Origin: Raillietiella orientalis
Taxonomy: Eukaryota
Assembly: GCA_036172245.1 (NCBI GenBank)
Contig: JAYWIR010000027.1
Location: forward strand, 62,001-126,000
Length of the DNA: 64,000 nucleotides
Reading direction: 5' to 3'
Part shown: positions 50,867-63,700 of the stretch, one piece after another
How the letters are laid out: every line of letters starts with the position of its first letter
Numbering within the stretch: the stretch's first letter is position 1
Program-made: the position numbers and the translations under genes
Notes under the pieces: model-generated
Databases searched by the model: none
Told to the model about the DNA's origin: nothing
Seen by the model: the letters and a program-made list of their open reading frames with translations, nothing else

Positions 50867-53130
50867 TGGCTACGGCCTCCGGTTAGCAGCAGAGTGGAGG
50901 CGGAGACGCCGGAGCGTGGTGTGGCTATCTGCGGGATCTTTCCTGATCTTTCCGTGGGGTATCCGTGGGAGGGCTCACCATCTGGGGCGGAGCGAGGGGA
51001 AACGACTGGTCTTTCCCCAGCTTCAAAGGTGGCTGCCACCCGGTTGCACTGGGAAACAGTCGGCACCGTTCCTCTCAGAAGGTCGTATGTCTTCGTCCGT
51101 TCTCGGTCCCCGCTGTGGTCACTGGCGGCCGTCGCCTCCATTTCGCTCTCGCTCCCGAGGAACAAGAAGCGAGAGCGAATTGCTCCTTCAGAGCAGGCCG
51201 CCCTCCCATACCAGAAGGAGGAACAAGCGTCTCCGGAAAGGCATCCGTTGCCCAGGCAGCAGCCGGAGGAAAAGGCTCCGGCTCCGGAAGTGCGCGCCGT
51301 CGCCCTGTCTTTCCCCGCTTCCACATCTCCCCGGCATCGCGGAGCGTTTTCGTGAGCTTCTGGCCGCTCGCCACGCAGGATCCGCCTTCGGTGGCACCCG
51401 TGCAACAACTTCTGCATCCCGAATTCGAAGGTCCACCTGTCTTCCTCCAGGGAAGACCAGGGTGATCCCAGGGAAAGTGGCTCTTGACTTCGGTTCGATA
51501 GTCGCCGAGCGGGGTCGGGACCCAGCCCTCTCCCCAAGGCATCAAGAAATACGAGTGGCACCCGGAGGCCGAACATAGGGGATGCAGCCAGCTCGCAGAT
51601 GGCCAAGGGATGCTTTCCAAGCAGCGTGCAGGTGCCAATAGATGCGGGCAGCGGGTGTACTCGGGACGTATCCGTCGCTTCGCCGCAGCTCGTTTTCACG
51701 TGGACGTCCAGTAATTGTCCTGCACGGTCGTGTCAGCGGCGGCGGCTGGCTCGCAGCCTCGACCAGTCAGCCAATCCTTCCGTCGAACCCTTTCCCTCCG
51801 CGACCCCTTCAGCAAAGGGAGAAGTTGTGAAGACAGCTCTGAGACTACCGGGGCTTCTCCGAGGAGAGCAGATGGCGAACGACCTTCTTGCGGGAGCGCC
51901 GACCGGCTTATTTAAAATCAGCCAATAATTAAAATCGGTCGAGAGGGGGAAAAGGTCAGCCATCTGTGGGCGCAAAGAGAAAGGGTCCGATCCTCGCTGG
52001 GGACGCGACGAGGGAAGGGGTGTAAGACGGGAAGCGAGGGTCAATAAATAAATAAATTGAGAATGGAACGGAAAGGAGTTCCTGAGGGCTTGCTTCGGGC
52101 GGGAACGGGAACGGCCACATACATTTTGGTCGTCTGGAGACGTCCCTCTCTGCTCCCCCCTTTCCCCGTCCCCGTACCCCGTGGTCCGCGTCGAACCTCG
52201 GGGTCACTGCCAAGCATGACAAGCGTGCGCCCAGCATTCTTCCGCCTCCTCCTCCTCCTCCCACACTCCGCTCCTCTCTTCCTGTTAGGGTCTGCTCTCA
52301 GCGCCGTTCGAGGTCCACCTGCGGCACGGCCGTCTCGAAAGCGAACCGCCCGAGAATGGAGAATGGGCGCTGCCACTCCCGCAGACTCTCTGGGAAACCT
52401 CTGGGTGGAAATTCCTCCTCAGTGCTCCCGGCTTTGCCTCCCCGTGGCTCCCCATCCTTCTTCCAAGTGGACTCCCTTCCCTCCTCGCCTTTCCTTCCGC
52501 CTCCCCTGATTTCCTAGTCTTCCCGCTGGAGTGTGGCGTTGTTCCTGGGGTCTGGGAAATCTTTCCGGTTCGCACCCGTTGCATGTCCCGGTAGGCGCGC
52601 CTCTCACTGGTGCATCCGCGCAAGAAGAGCTCGCCGGACGGCGCTCGAAGGCTTCCTTTGAGGGTCTCGGGACGCGCCAGGTGGAGGGCAAACCGACCAG
52701 CTCCGCGTCCCGAATCGCGTCGCGCGTCAGAATGGGAAAACCGACGAGGGTCACGTGACCCGCCGTTCCGTCCAGCAGCCAGAAAAGGACGGCCTTCCCG
52801 CAACCGACCCGGCTGGAATCTCGAACGGGAAGGTGGGGAAACCTCAAGGATCGTGGTCCAGCAGACTGCAGCCGCTCCGGCCCTGAACTCTCTTTCCCGA
52901 GGGAGCGGAGGTGCTACGGAGTTCCCCGAAGCGGCCGCCCCGCATCCCGTGGCAAAGAAGTTGGCCCACAGGGTCACCGAACGCACCCCGGTGCCTTCTC
53001 CGATTTGCTCACGAGCTTTGGAAGACTTTGGAAAAGGGGGTGAAGCAGGCACAGGGTCTTGGCAACGCGGAGACGCGACGCGTGAGGGAGGTCTTGCGGG
53101 TCGGGTGACTCGGGCGACCCACTCTTGGCT

Positions 53131-55097
53131 CTCCCGGGATCGATAGAGAAAAGAGCTCCGTGAAGTTTCTGGCACCGTTCCCTGTTAGAGTCCCGTCCTC
53201 CCCTGCTGTGGTCCGGGAACCTGCTCTACGCCAGCCTCCTTCCTCCTCCTTCGACCTCCACTTTGATCTTAGCCAAAAGATCGGCCTCCTACCGCGAGCG
53301 GATGTCCTTCCCATCAATGGTGCTGCTCCCCTGCCTTCGCGCGGGTGCTCCTGCGCTCCAGGAGCGCCCCATCGCCCAGTTCCCCTCTATCTTCACGCCC
53401 GCGCCGGATGCTTTGTGGTTAAGGCTTCCGCGTGTGGTACCATGCGTCGCGGGTTCGAATACTTTGGAAGAAACTGACGCCATTGCGTCGTTGGGTTCCC
53501 AGTTTCTCTTGCAATGGCGCTGGTTGGCCGAGACATTCGGGCGTGGCACCGGTAGCGGTTAAAACCGGAGGCTCCCGATGAAGATCGGAACAATGAGAGT
53601 CGACCTTCGGGTCCTCCCAGGAATCAAGGAGTGGGGAGTACCCCCTCCGGTCGTACAACGGAGAGCGGACCCCCACACTGGGGGGGACCCTCCGAGTCGC
53701 CGCCTCTCCAGAGATTTCAAGGAAGCAAGCGAGAGCGATCACCCTGCGGGAGGTTACTGAGTCCCTTCTGAATTTCGGAAGCGTTCCTTCGGGGGCGTGA
53801 ACAGGAGCGGTTCCCTTGCGGGTTCCTTCCAGTGAAGAAATTCCTACTAGCGGATCCTTTCCGGGTTCCCTTCGGAGAAGATGAAATGGGAAGGACCACC
53901 CCCCTTCCGGGGTGGTCCCTCCGGAGAGAATGAGGAAGGAGATTCCCTTCGGAGACAACCAGGGTGGGAGGTGCGATCCCCCCCTCCCCAAGACTGAGAG
54001 GAATGGATTCCGAGCCTTCCTGGATTCATAGGGCGAACCCCCTATCTTAAAAGCAATTGTACACATGTAAATATTTGAAGCCAAAAAAAAGAAAAGAAAA
54101 TAGCAAGAGCCTCCATTATCACTCCCCAGCAAATACAACCTCATGCCGGAAACCGAGTCCCACCACACCGGCAGCCGCTCGCGGATCTTTGCGCGAGGTC
54201 TCGGCGTCGAAGAAGGTTGAGGGTTTGCTTCCAGAACCTTGGCCGCGGCCACATTTCCAGAAAGTAAGGCAAACCCCCAGCAGACTCCTCTTCGCCTCTT
54301 CAGTCAGAGAAGGGAAGCACCCTCTTCGCTCCGCCCCCCAAACGCAAGCGCAGTCCTCACGGAGTGGCTTGGACGCCAAGTCGCTCCTGTGCTCTTCAAA
54401 CAGATTCGCGAGGGGCGCTGTCAGCGGCAGCAACCTGCAAGCGGGCAGGAAAACTGAGGGAGCAGCGGACCTCCAGTCTAGGAGAAGGATGGGCATCCAA
54501 GGCCTCCACCACGAGAGAGATTCAGGTAACACCACAGCCAGGTCGTGCCGGAGGAGTGAATGCAGTTCGAGGACGTGGAGAAGACGAGGAACGGGAACAG
54601 GCCCAGTGGCTGGACCCGATGAGGACACGCCAGTGAGTGTCGGCAGGGAAAAAGGGGAAGGTGGGGAGAGAGTTTTCAGGAGCGGCCACGGAGCCAAGGT
54701 CGACGAAGGGTAAGTTCAGGGGCAGCGCAAGAAAGTACGGACGGTTTGCCGGCCCGCTTCCCGTGACGTCCGTTCGAGCTGCAAGGGCAGGCCAGCCATC
54801 GACCCGGAGATAGGCCAACGACACGATGATCAGCCAACGACGCGGAGATCAACCGACGCCACCGAGATGCCGACGACCTGCCTGGCAACGCTGCAGAGGA
54901 GAGCAGGACTAGCAACGAGAAGGTGGCGGCGAGATGGAATGTACGACCGCGTACCGGCGCTAGGGGCGTTGCCGGTCGGAGGGCTTTGAGGGCGATGCGG
55001 AGCAGGTTCCCGGACCGCAGCAGGGGGAGGAAGGAACTCCGACCGGGAACGATGCCAGAAACATCACGGTGCCGCATTTCCCTATCAATCCCAGGAG
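53131..55097. repeat. Inverted repeat pair 53131-53226 / 55000-55097 (about 84% identical)
   Basis: ccgtga.gtttctggca.cgttccc...cccctgctg.ggtccgggaacctgctc is present on opposite strands. Confidence 0.85.
53400..54033 (+). mobile_element. tRNA-derived SINE copy (near full length)
   Basis: gtggttaaggcttccgcgtgtggtacc...gcgtcgcgggttcgaatac (A-box-like and B-box); internal hairpin ggaccacccc/ggggtggtcc at about 53893-53918. Confidence 0.78.
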
Positions 55098-57735
55098 TAC
55101 CACGAGCGGGCCGTGCCACCTGACCTGCATGACCTTCCTCTCATGGATTCGCGCGGCGAGCCGCGGCTCGCTGACTCCGAGGGGAGGGGGGAGGGGAGCT
55201 TCAGCGTCCTTCCGTTTAGAGTCCTCGGCGAGGGCCTGGGAACACCGTTCCTTCCCTCTGCTGGAAGCGGGAGCCTCTGGTAGAAGAGAAGAAAAGGAAG
55301 ACCACTGGAGGAAACACGTCGCGCCCTGCGCCACGAGTCCGGGCTCTGCGCCCGCTTCAGGCAGAGACGTTCGCTTCCTTCACTGGCGGCCGGCCTCTTA
55401 CACCTTCTCTCGTAAACATTATGTAGTTGGGACCGCCACCGAGAGATGCCCCTGAGAGAGTGGTGCTCAAAAAGTGAGCGATTCGCCGAGTGCGCAACGT
55501 TTCATCAGGCGCGTAGCGCGTACGCCCTCGCGCACGTGTGTGCTGTCGTGTCGTCCAACTTCTGCCGGAGGCATGTTATGGCGACGACCGCAGGCGATCA
55601 CGGATGCTGCGTCAGCATGTGTGCGATGTGCACGTATCCAAGGTGATTTTGCCGGGGAAACTTCGGCACGGCGCGTCAGTTACGCGCAACTAGCATCCCG
55701 TACGGTGTGCTGTCCGCAGCTGCTGTCACCCCCCTCCGCCTTCCTTCATCGTTTCCCATGCGCTGATCGGGGGGCTCTCTCAAGGGGCGGATGCGATCTC
55801 TCGTCCTCTCTAGTCGCTCTGCCCTCTCGGAGGTTCCATCGACCGCCGGAAGATGGGGACGGGCGCTCCCGAGGCCACCGTTTTTTTCTCTTTCTCCCCG
55901 TCGAAGAAGGACTTCCCTCTCCCGGAAACGCGATGGAGTAGAGTCGGGGATCGAAGCCGGGTGGCGCTGCCCGCCGATGCCGTGGGACCGCCAAGGGAGC
56001 CCGGCGTGTCGCTCTCTTCCGGGAAGATCCGCGCACGCGAACCCGCCCGCGAAAGAGCCGGCAACTTGGCGCAGCCAAGCAAGCAGAACCGCCAGTGGCT
56101 CACCGTCGCCCACTCCTCGCATCGCAGGCGCCCGCGAGGGTTCATACAGAGGAGGCGGAGGGAACGGCAGGGAGCGGAGCCGCAGTTACCGGTCTCCTTC
56201 CTTCTATTCCCAGCTTCCGCATACAGGACTCTCGCCAAGAGCGCCTTCCGGGGACGTCGCCCCTTCCCTCGCCTTCCCCCTCATCCCCGCATTCCTCTCC
56301 TCCTCCCGCTTTCCTCTCTCCGGATCCCTTTTTCCTCCCGTTCCTTCCTCCTCATTTCTTCGGCCTTCCGGTCCGAGGGTTCGGCGCTGAGGCGGAGGCG
56401 CGCCAGGCCCACTGGGCGTGAAAGCGGGCCCTGCAGAAAAGAAAGTCCAGGGCTTCCCTCGCTTTCCGCGGAAGCGGGCGCCCGGCTCAGCAGCTCATCC
56501 TCCTCCCCCCCCCCTCCTTTCTCCCGTGATCTGGGAGAAACCGTCCGAGGAAAGCAGCTCGGAGTCAGGGGCGGATCCAAGAGCATCGTACGCGACCCGT
56601 TGGGGAAAGCTGTGCGCCTCCCCGGGGTCGTCGAAGCGGTCGCACAGGTACGCGTCGACTCCACAAAGGTCTGGCCTGAGGTCCAGGAAGAGCAGCAGCC
56701 GCCCCTCCCAGGGCGCTCTCGTGGGGAGAGGGGGAGGAGGTGCGCGCTCAGGAACACAGGAAGACTCGGGGAACTGCCTCCCAAGGACGGGTGGCGAGGC
56801 CAGAGCGGACGAAGCGCCCGGTATCCCTGCACTCCTTCCAGCTGCCAGACAACCAGGAAGGTGAGGGCAAGTGCCGGGAGGAGAGCGAGGGAGGCGGCAG
56901 CGATGCCGAATCGGAAGAGTCCTTCCCGCCGCTCAGTGCTTCTCCTGCGCCCCGGGGGGTCCACGACTGGAAGGGTGGAGCCCTGGAGCGGGGGCGCGGA
57001 CTGCCGGTGAGACCCGCGAGACCTTCTGTGTGCTCTTCCCGGGGAGGAAAACCGAAACTCGGACCTCCCGCAGCAACTCACACCGCCGCGTGAGCTCCGC
57101 TGGAGCTGCGGTCGCCCGTCCCCGAGAGGAGAGGAGGACGCCGGGGACAGAGGGTGCAGAGAGTTCCCCCCCTCACTCACGAGGCCCCATTCCGGGAAAT
57201 CCCTCTCCCCCTCCCCTCCTCCTTTTTACGAGTTATCGGGGACCCGCCTCCCGCGCGAGAGGACGGACGGTGGGCAAGGCAGGTCGGCGAGGCTTTTCGC
57301 TGCCCCTTCGTGGCCCAAACGAACGACTCTTCCCGGGCCGGCGACCTCCTCGGAAACCTTGCATTTTCGGGACACATGCGGGAGGGGGAAGCAAGCGACG
57401 GGGTTGTCGCGCGAGATCGCTTAGGGAGGAGTGAGGGGACGCGCCGGCCGGTTCGGGAAGGACAGGCGGATGACCTGCCCCCCAGCCTGTCCTTCCTGGA
57501 CTGACCTGCCCTGCGCACCCGTCCGTCCTCGCGCGGGCTCGCCAACCTCTCCTTCCGCGTCCCCCTCCCCTCTCGCCTTCGGCGCCGCAGGAGGTTCTCG
57601 AGAGTCCCTCCTTGGGCGTCCCCCGCGGCGGCGAGCGTTCCAGAGAGTAGTTCACCGGGAGGAGGAGGAGGAGGATCCTGGGACGTGCCTCCCCCGACTG
57701 GAGTCTCGCGTGCGAGGATGGAGCGTCTCAGCGTC

Positions 57736-57772
57736 GAGCCGCAGCGTCTCCCTGCCGGAGACGCTGCGGCTC
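57736..57772. repeat. Perfect 16-bp-stem hairpin
   Basis: gagccgcagcgtctcc-ctgcc-ggagacgctgcggctc. Confidence 0.95.
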
Positions 57773-60049
57773 TCCGCCAGCGCCTCCAGGGGCCAGCGGA
57801 GGGCGGAGGAACTACTCCCTCTCCCTGCTATGGCAGGGTAGCCCGCCGCGCCCTGTCCCTGAGCCTCGCGGGGGGGCTCCTCCATTCTCCCAGAGAAGCT
57901 CGGGACCCCGTCTTCCGGAACGAAGAGAATGGACGTTTCCTCGAAGGTGCTCCGAGCGAGTCCCGGAGCCATGAGGCCCTGAGGTCGGAGATGGGGCGAA
58001 GCCGAAAGGACAAGGCGAGCAGAGAGATGCGGAAGTGGCCATCCTGAGGGCATCTTCCCTTCCCAGTCTTCTCCCGTGGGCGTGGTGGAAGCAAACGAGA
58101 AGAGGGCGTTGCCAGGACACGTGGCGCGCTCTCCGCTCCTCACGCGCGAGAGCGGAGAGCGTCCGCCAGTTTTTGCTTCCTCCCCCTCCCCCCCCATCCC
58201 CTCTCTCTTTTTCCTTTTTTGTTTGTTTGTCCTTTGATGCGACGCGGATGCGATCCCGGCTGCCTGCGGGATTGCGTCTCTAGGGAAACCCGGCGCCGTG
58301 GATCTCGCTCCCGTACGGACTCGCCTTCTTCTGCCCCCTCCCCCAAGACCCAGGGACCACACCCGCGTCTTGCGTTCCACGGCGGCACCACGTGAGGTGG
58401 GCCCTCGCGAGCGTAGGGGGGGGGGGGGGGTGGAAGCACGAACCCCACGAGCGAGCGCGACCGGCACCCCGCTTCCCGGGTTCTCTCAGAGATGGCAGCG
58501 CCAGGGAAGGAGCGCGCGAGCCGCCCGTTGCCGTTAGTAATGGTAAACACCCTTTCGGCGGAGTCGGGCGTTTCGCGATCCCGAGCGGAGAAAAAACACG
58601 AGCCCGGTGCCGTGTTGCAGTGCAGCGAGTGACACATTCGGGATCGTCTCCGAAGTGTAGGTGTTCCCGAGATGCGGAGATAAGGATAGCGGAGCCACGC
58701 AGCATTTGGTCGATCGCGTTTCCCAGAAGGAAGGCGGCTACTTTTCCGGTAAGTTGCCACGGCTGTGTTCCAAAGATGGATGCTCGCAACTCGTTTGCCC
58801 GCCGCGGTTCCCTCCTCGCTCCCGATCCCGGTGCGGCGTAGAGTGTTCCTCCACACAAGTGAAAGTGCGTGAAGAACGGGAAAAAGCCGGTGCAAAAATC
58901 CCCGTGAATCGGCGCGGGTGTGTGTGGGATGCGAATTGGCTCGTTGGGCGCAACTGGGTCCGCCTTTTCCCCAGCTCTCTCGTCTCAACTCTTTCATGCG
59001 AAAGTGGGTCTTTGCTTTGCCCTGTTTTCTTCGTTTTCCCTCTTTTTTTTTTTTTTCCTTTTCTTTCTTTCTTCCCCCTCCCGTGAAGATTGCCTTCTTT
59101 AGCTTGAGGAAGAATGGAGTGAGCCGGGATGCGTGAATTCGATGCTGGGTGCTGCACAGTACGGGCGTGATCGAACAGGAATTCGTCCTAAATTTTTCCG
59201 CCCAATTTCGTCCTTTTGTTTTGCAAATCCTGGAAGAGTTGTCGATTCCTATGAGATATTTTCGGGGTATTAAAGAAAACGAGAATGTTCGCATTTGTAG
59301 GTAGGCCCCTCGCAAGCTCTGTGCGAGTGTCCAGGTTGTCGAAAGTACGTAAAATTCCAGGCACTGCTCTGAAACCAAAGTACGTCTTCGGAGTCGCGTG
59401 ATGCCGACATTTCTTTTTTCTTTTTTTTTTAAAAAAAAGTTTTCTAAAAGATCCCCATTTTCCTTATCGACTCATCCCCGGTAATCAGCGTTAGCCAAAC
59501 AGCTCTTTGCTGCACACCCCTCGAAGAACTCTTGTGCGCTTAAAAACCTATTTTGTACCAGCCTCAGCTGTTGGACCAATGACTTGGCTCCCTTTTACCG
59601 TTGCCCTCTGTGGTGGCCCACGTGGTTCTGCCACTCTTTCGTTAATGATGCCACCTGCGCTACGTCTCCTTCTGCAACGTGCGAACGAGAAAACTTTGGG
59701 GGGGGGGGGGGGGGGGGGGGAATCGGGAACGAATTGTGAGGCACATCCCCTTCCTCCACCCGAATCGTCTCGTGCCTTCTGGGAATGCAGTTTCGGCGGC
59801 TGTGGACTGCCAACCGAACCACTCGGGGAGTTCTCTCGGCCATTCGGCTGCTGCCCGGCGTTACGCGGGACCTGCGCCCCGGTCGGTGTGCGCGTGCCTT
59901 GCGCAAGCGCAGACACTCTGGCGGTCTTCGGACGCGCCATCCGCCACTGTGCACGAAAGCGATAACGAGCGGGACACCCCCTTTCCCTGATGCTCCCGAC
60001 TCACGTGCGGGCCAATCCCTCCTCGCAGCAGCGAGATATCCGCTGGCGC

Positions 60050-61250
60050 TTCCGCGTGACGACGCAGATCATTCGAGACCAGGTTGGCGTCGTCGTCGTC
60101 TCCCTCCCACCCCTTCCGGAACCGTGGCTGAAGACCCCGGTAGCTAAAGAGGAGAATCCCGAGTTGGTGTCGATCCAAAGAACGCGCTGCTTTCCGTTTG
60201 GCATCATTTCAAAAATCACGATGCCTCCGAGCATTCCGGGGGAAACTCCCCGGCTAATCGCGGGAAGGCTTGCGTATCTAGGGAAAGGGACGCGTCGCCG
60301 AGTCCCGGGTCCCGCTCTCACTTCGGGATATGCTCGCGTGCGTGCGTACATCCGAATTCGCCTTTCTCTCGTGGTCTCCCGTGTGCCGACGGCTGGCGAA
60401 GACTTTCGATCGGTGCGTCCCGTCGCGAGTCCCCGCCATCGCTCCTCGAGGAGGATTGGGGAGGCGACGGTTTCGGAAGCTGCGAGTCCCCGTCGTATTC
60501 CGACCTTTGCGGGAGGACTCGTGATCTCTCGGTTTGCAATCGCGGGGGTGGATGGGGTGCTTCGGAAACTCTCCCGAAATTCCTGCATACAGGGAGAGGG
60601 AAGGGAGGGATTCATCGTGCTTTCCGTAGCCTATCGCGGGAAGGCGGCGGCGGCGAGCGGGTAAGGGGAGCGACCTCCTTCGTGTCGAAGAGCTCTTTAT
60701 TTCTGGATGACCACGTCCGTGTCCCGAACGTAGTGTCGCCTGGATCCCAGACGAAAGCAAACTACGAATCTCGTTTCCATGGGTGCGCTCGCATTTCGTT
60801 TGGAAAGTTTCTTTCTTTTCCTTTTGGTGGTCCTGACCTCTGGCGCGCTGTTAGATTTCCTCTGTCCCCTCTCCTAAATGAAGACAGCAGCGGGCAGGCC
60901 TTCGAGGCTACTGGGGATATGGGCGAAGCGCTTTTAATTGCTTTCCGAGTTAAGTGCCGGATGTGGGCGTGTGGCGCATCATTAGGACACAGCTGAAATT
61001 TGAGGTATCGATATCGAAATCGCAAGTTCTGTCGACTCACCAACTCTTTGTGCGCTCCTGGCTTTCCGAGCTCTACCTATTTCCTTTGGAGCGGCGAGGC
61101 TCCGTGGCCGAAATGGTTTCGGTTTCTGTCCGAGGACACTCCATCTCCTCTCTCAAAGATTATGTCCGTGATGCTGCCGTGTCGCGGGCTTCACGTTGGC
61201 GATCTCTCGTGTATCGTGATGATTTATTCTCTTTTCCACATCTTTCCTTC
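60050..61250 (+). mobile_element. Decayed CR1-like LINE (RT to C-terminus)
   Basis: LPEPWLKTPVAKEE...GIISK (P..WK..VTPV.K..ISK); LSELYLFPLERR (L..L.L..LE.RR). Confidence 0.5.
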
Positions 61251-62399
61251 TTCTGGGTTGCCCCCGTAATTATTTTAAGCAGACATTTCTCAAGTTGAGC
61301 TTGCGGTACTTTCGCAAAATTCGCTCTGTACCTTCCCTGAGTAGGTAAGTTGTTGCGGTAGGTTATATTGTGCAAAGAGGTTCACTATGGTTACCAAGCA
61401 TCACGAAAACTCATCTGTTTGTAGTCTTCTCGAATGTTTTTTTTTTTCGCAGAAGGCAGTGCAAGAGTGCCTCTCAACTTGTACCAATGCTGGATAGCCG
61501 CAGTTACTCATCTGAGGACCTCTTGCTTATCTCTGGGGATCAAATAGCAGTAGCATTAGCATTAGCAGGAAACCAAATAGTCTTCGTGGGTCCGTTTCCT
61601 TTCTGGAAACGTTCAGCAAATTTGCATTGCAGAGTGAACCAGTGGTCCAGTGATTTGGTGGGATCTCGTTGTCACCTTCGCTCCCCCAAGTTTTTTTTTT
61701 TTTTTCTACATCTTTTTCTTATATATAGAGAGAGACACCCTTGGGAGAACACTGATTGCTCGATGTTAGGAAAATGAACGATCATGGAAGGTCTTGGAGC
61801 TTTGATGTTAGCTCCGGTACTTGCAAACGGTCTGCAAACTGGCCGAAAAAGAATGAATCGTTTTACGTAAGCCACACCGGTCGAAAGTCTCCTGCTTAGA
61901 TCCCATCCTCGCTGTGTTTGTGTTCTTCAGTTAAGTGCAGACTCCTGCGCCTCTCCTGTGTCGCTGTTGTTAGTTCTTTGGCGCGGCTTTATACAAAATT
62001 TTCGATCCCTGCTGCTCGACATCAGCGAAGAACCTAAGCCCATTGATGATCATATCTCTGTTTGTTAGAGGAAACAGATTTTTTTCAAGGGCGTCATCAT
62101 TAGCTTTCGTCACCAGCGGTGCCCTCATTGTTTTTCTTCGACTCCTGCAGACCTAGACGGGAATAAGCTAAAGCATCCGCGCTCAAGGGGCGATGGAGTT
62201 CCATACATGGCATGCCGCTTTCCGATGCCCACATCCAAAAAAGAGCGTTAAGGAATCCGAACCGGTGAGGCCGATTCGGCGTCTCAAGCTCTTCAGCACG
62301 TCCCTTCTCTCGGTTTATCTTTTTACCGCCCTCGGCATTCTCTCTAGTCTTCGTTACTGTTTCGTTTCGTCAAAGAAATCCTCTAGAGGAATCCATCGG

Positions 62400-63700
62400 A
62401 AATGTCGGCATCAAGAAGCCCTTATCACTTAACAACGACTCAAAAAACTCTTCGTTCTTTCGACAATTGGCGGACTGATTTGGCGGCCGGTGGCCTATTC
62501 AGTCTCGAGTTGCTTCCACAGGTTTCCCAGAATCTCACACCATTCCGTCAACTGGAAAAGCTGCTGCTGCCCGCTCGGGATGCTGCGTTTTCTTCATGGA
62601 CGTTTCTTTCGAATTCCTCACTTTTATCCGGTTTTCCTTTACTTTTCCTATTTATCAGTAACCAGAGTTACTGTTAACACCGTGCCTTCCTGAAGGTTCG
62701 TAAACCGTTTACAGACATGCTTCAGTGACAGATGACTAGCAGATTCATCTTACAGAATGAAAAGCAGGTATCGTTGCTATGGTAAAAAGCATCGCAAACT
62801 CTTTCGGCCATAAACTATCGTCTTCGTATGCGGGCTGCCCTCGTGCTTCTTTTCCTTTGATTAATGTGGGTCGTTTTTCTTTCTGGAGGTGCAACTCGTG
62901 GGTTATGTGTTTCTACGTGCGGTATTTTCTGTGCTGGACATAGTTTCCTGCATTGCGATGCAGAGCTTCGAAGGAATGCTACTGCTTGCTGCACCCTTCT
63001 TTCGTCTGCTGCAAGCTTTCGTTTCCGGTAATTAAGAGCACTGCTTTCTTACCTGTGATTTATCTATAAATAGCACTTTCGGAGGTACATCTTCCTTCGA
63101 ACGTGTTCCTCAGAGCTGTCTGCAGACCCACGCCGACTCTGTGCGCCCCATCACGCACGCATTCCGCGCAGGGAGAGTTCGTTCCCATGTGCGATGGTTC
63201 GCGCGAGTCATTGCAGATGTGGCTGGCACCGCAGCGGCGTAGACTTCCTCGGGGCCGGCGGTGGATTCCCAAGCACTTCGGCCGGGGACAAGTTGTAGGT
63301 CACCTACAGCAAGCGGGTGCTGAAAGAATGGTGAAAGAATCCGATGAACGCAAGCGAGCAGAGCAGTATCTCTGAAGCATCGATCGTGGGGCCTATCGCA
63401 GGAGCTTACTGGATCTCTTCTTGTGCTATTTTCGAGAATGCCGGCATCCCTGAATTCCCCAAATTCGCAGCTGAAAAGGGCTCTTCGACTGACTCGGTGA
63501 GCGAAACCTCTGGCCCACCCACGATCAGGATGCACGATCCCCTCTCCCGTTTCCCATATCTTGCACCACCGCAACTGTACAGTGCAGTGGCCATAATCAC
63601 TGGATGGCGCGCTTCACACCTTCCATTACGCTTCCATTTCTCGTGTGTGTCAACGGCGCTTCGGCAGATGAATGGCCATTTTGCACTCCCGGTGTAAGCA
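62400..63700 (+). mobile_element. Decayed LINE RT remnant
   Basis: LRSFDN..AAGG..ELL..LTP..SSW; SSISEASIVGPI (GVPQGSILGP-like), PKFAAE (KFADD-like). Confidence 0.4.

Noticed and set aside
53400..53470. Intact tRNA gene
   Set aside because: It has A/B-box-like sequence but no acceptor stem or proper cloverleaf, and it continues into a repeated body; treated as a SINE head.
44423..59378. Long ORFs of 250-412 aa (e.g. 45487-46512, 46971-48098, 50653-51699, 55853-57010, 58140-59378)
   Set aside because: Arg/Pro/Gly/Ser-rich, open in several frames at once, and they run through SINE copies and homopolymers. This is expected from stop-codon scarcity in GC-rich DNA; no recognisable domain.
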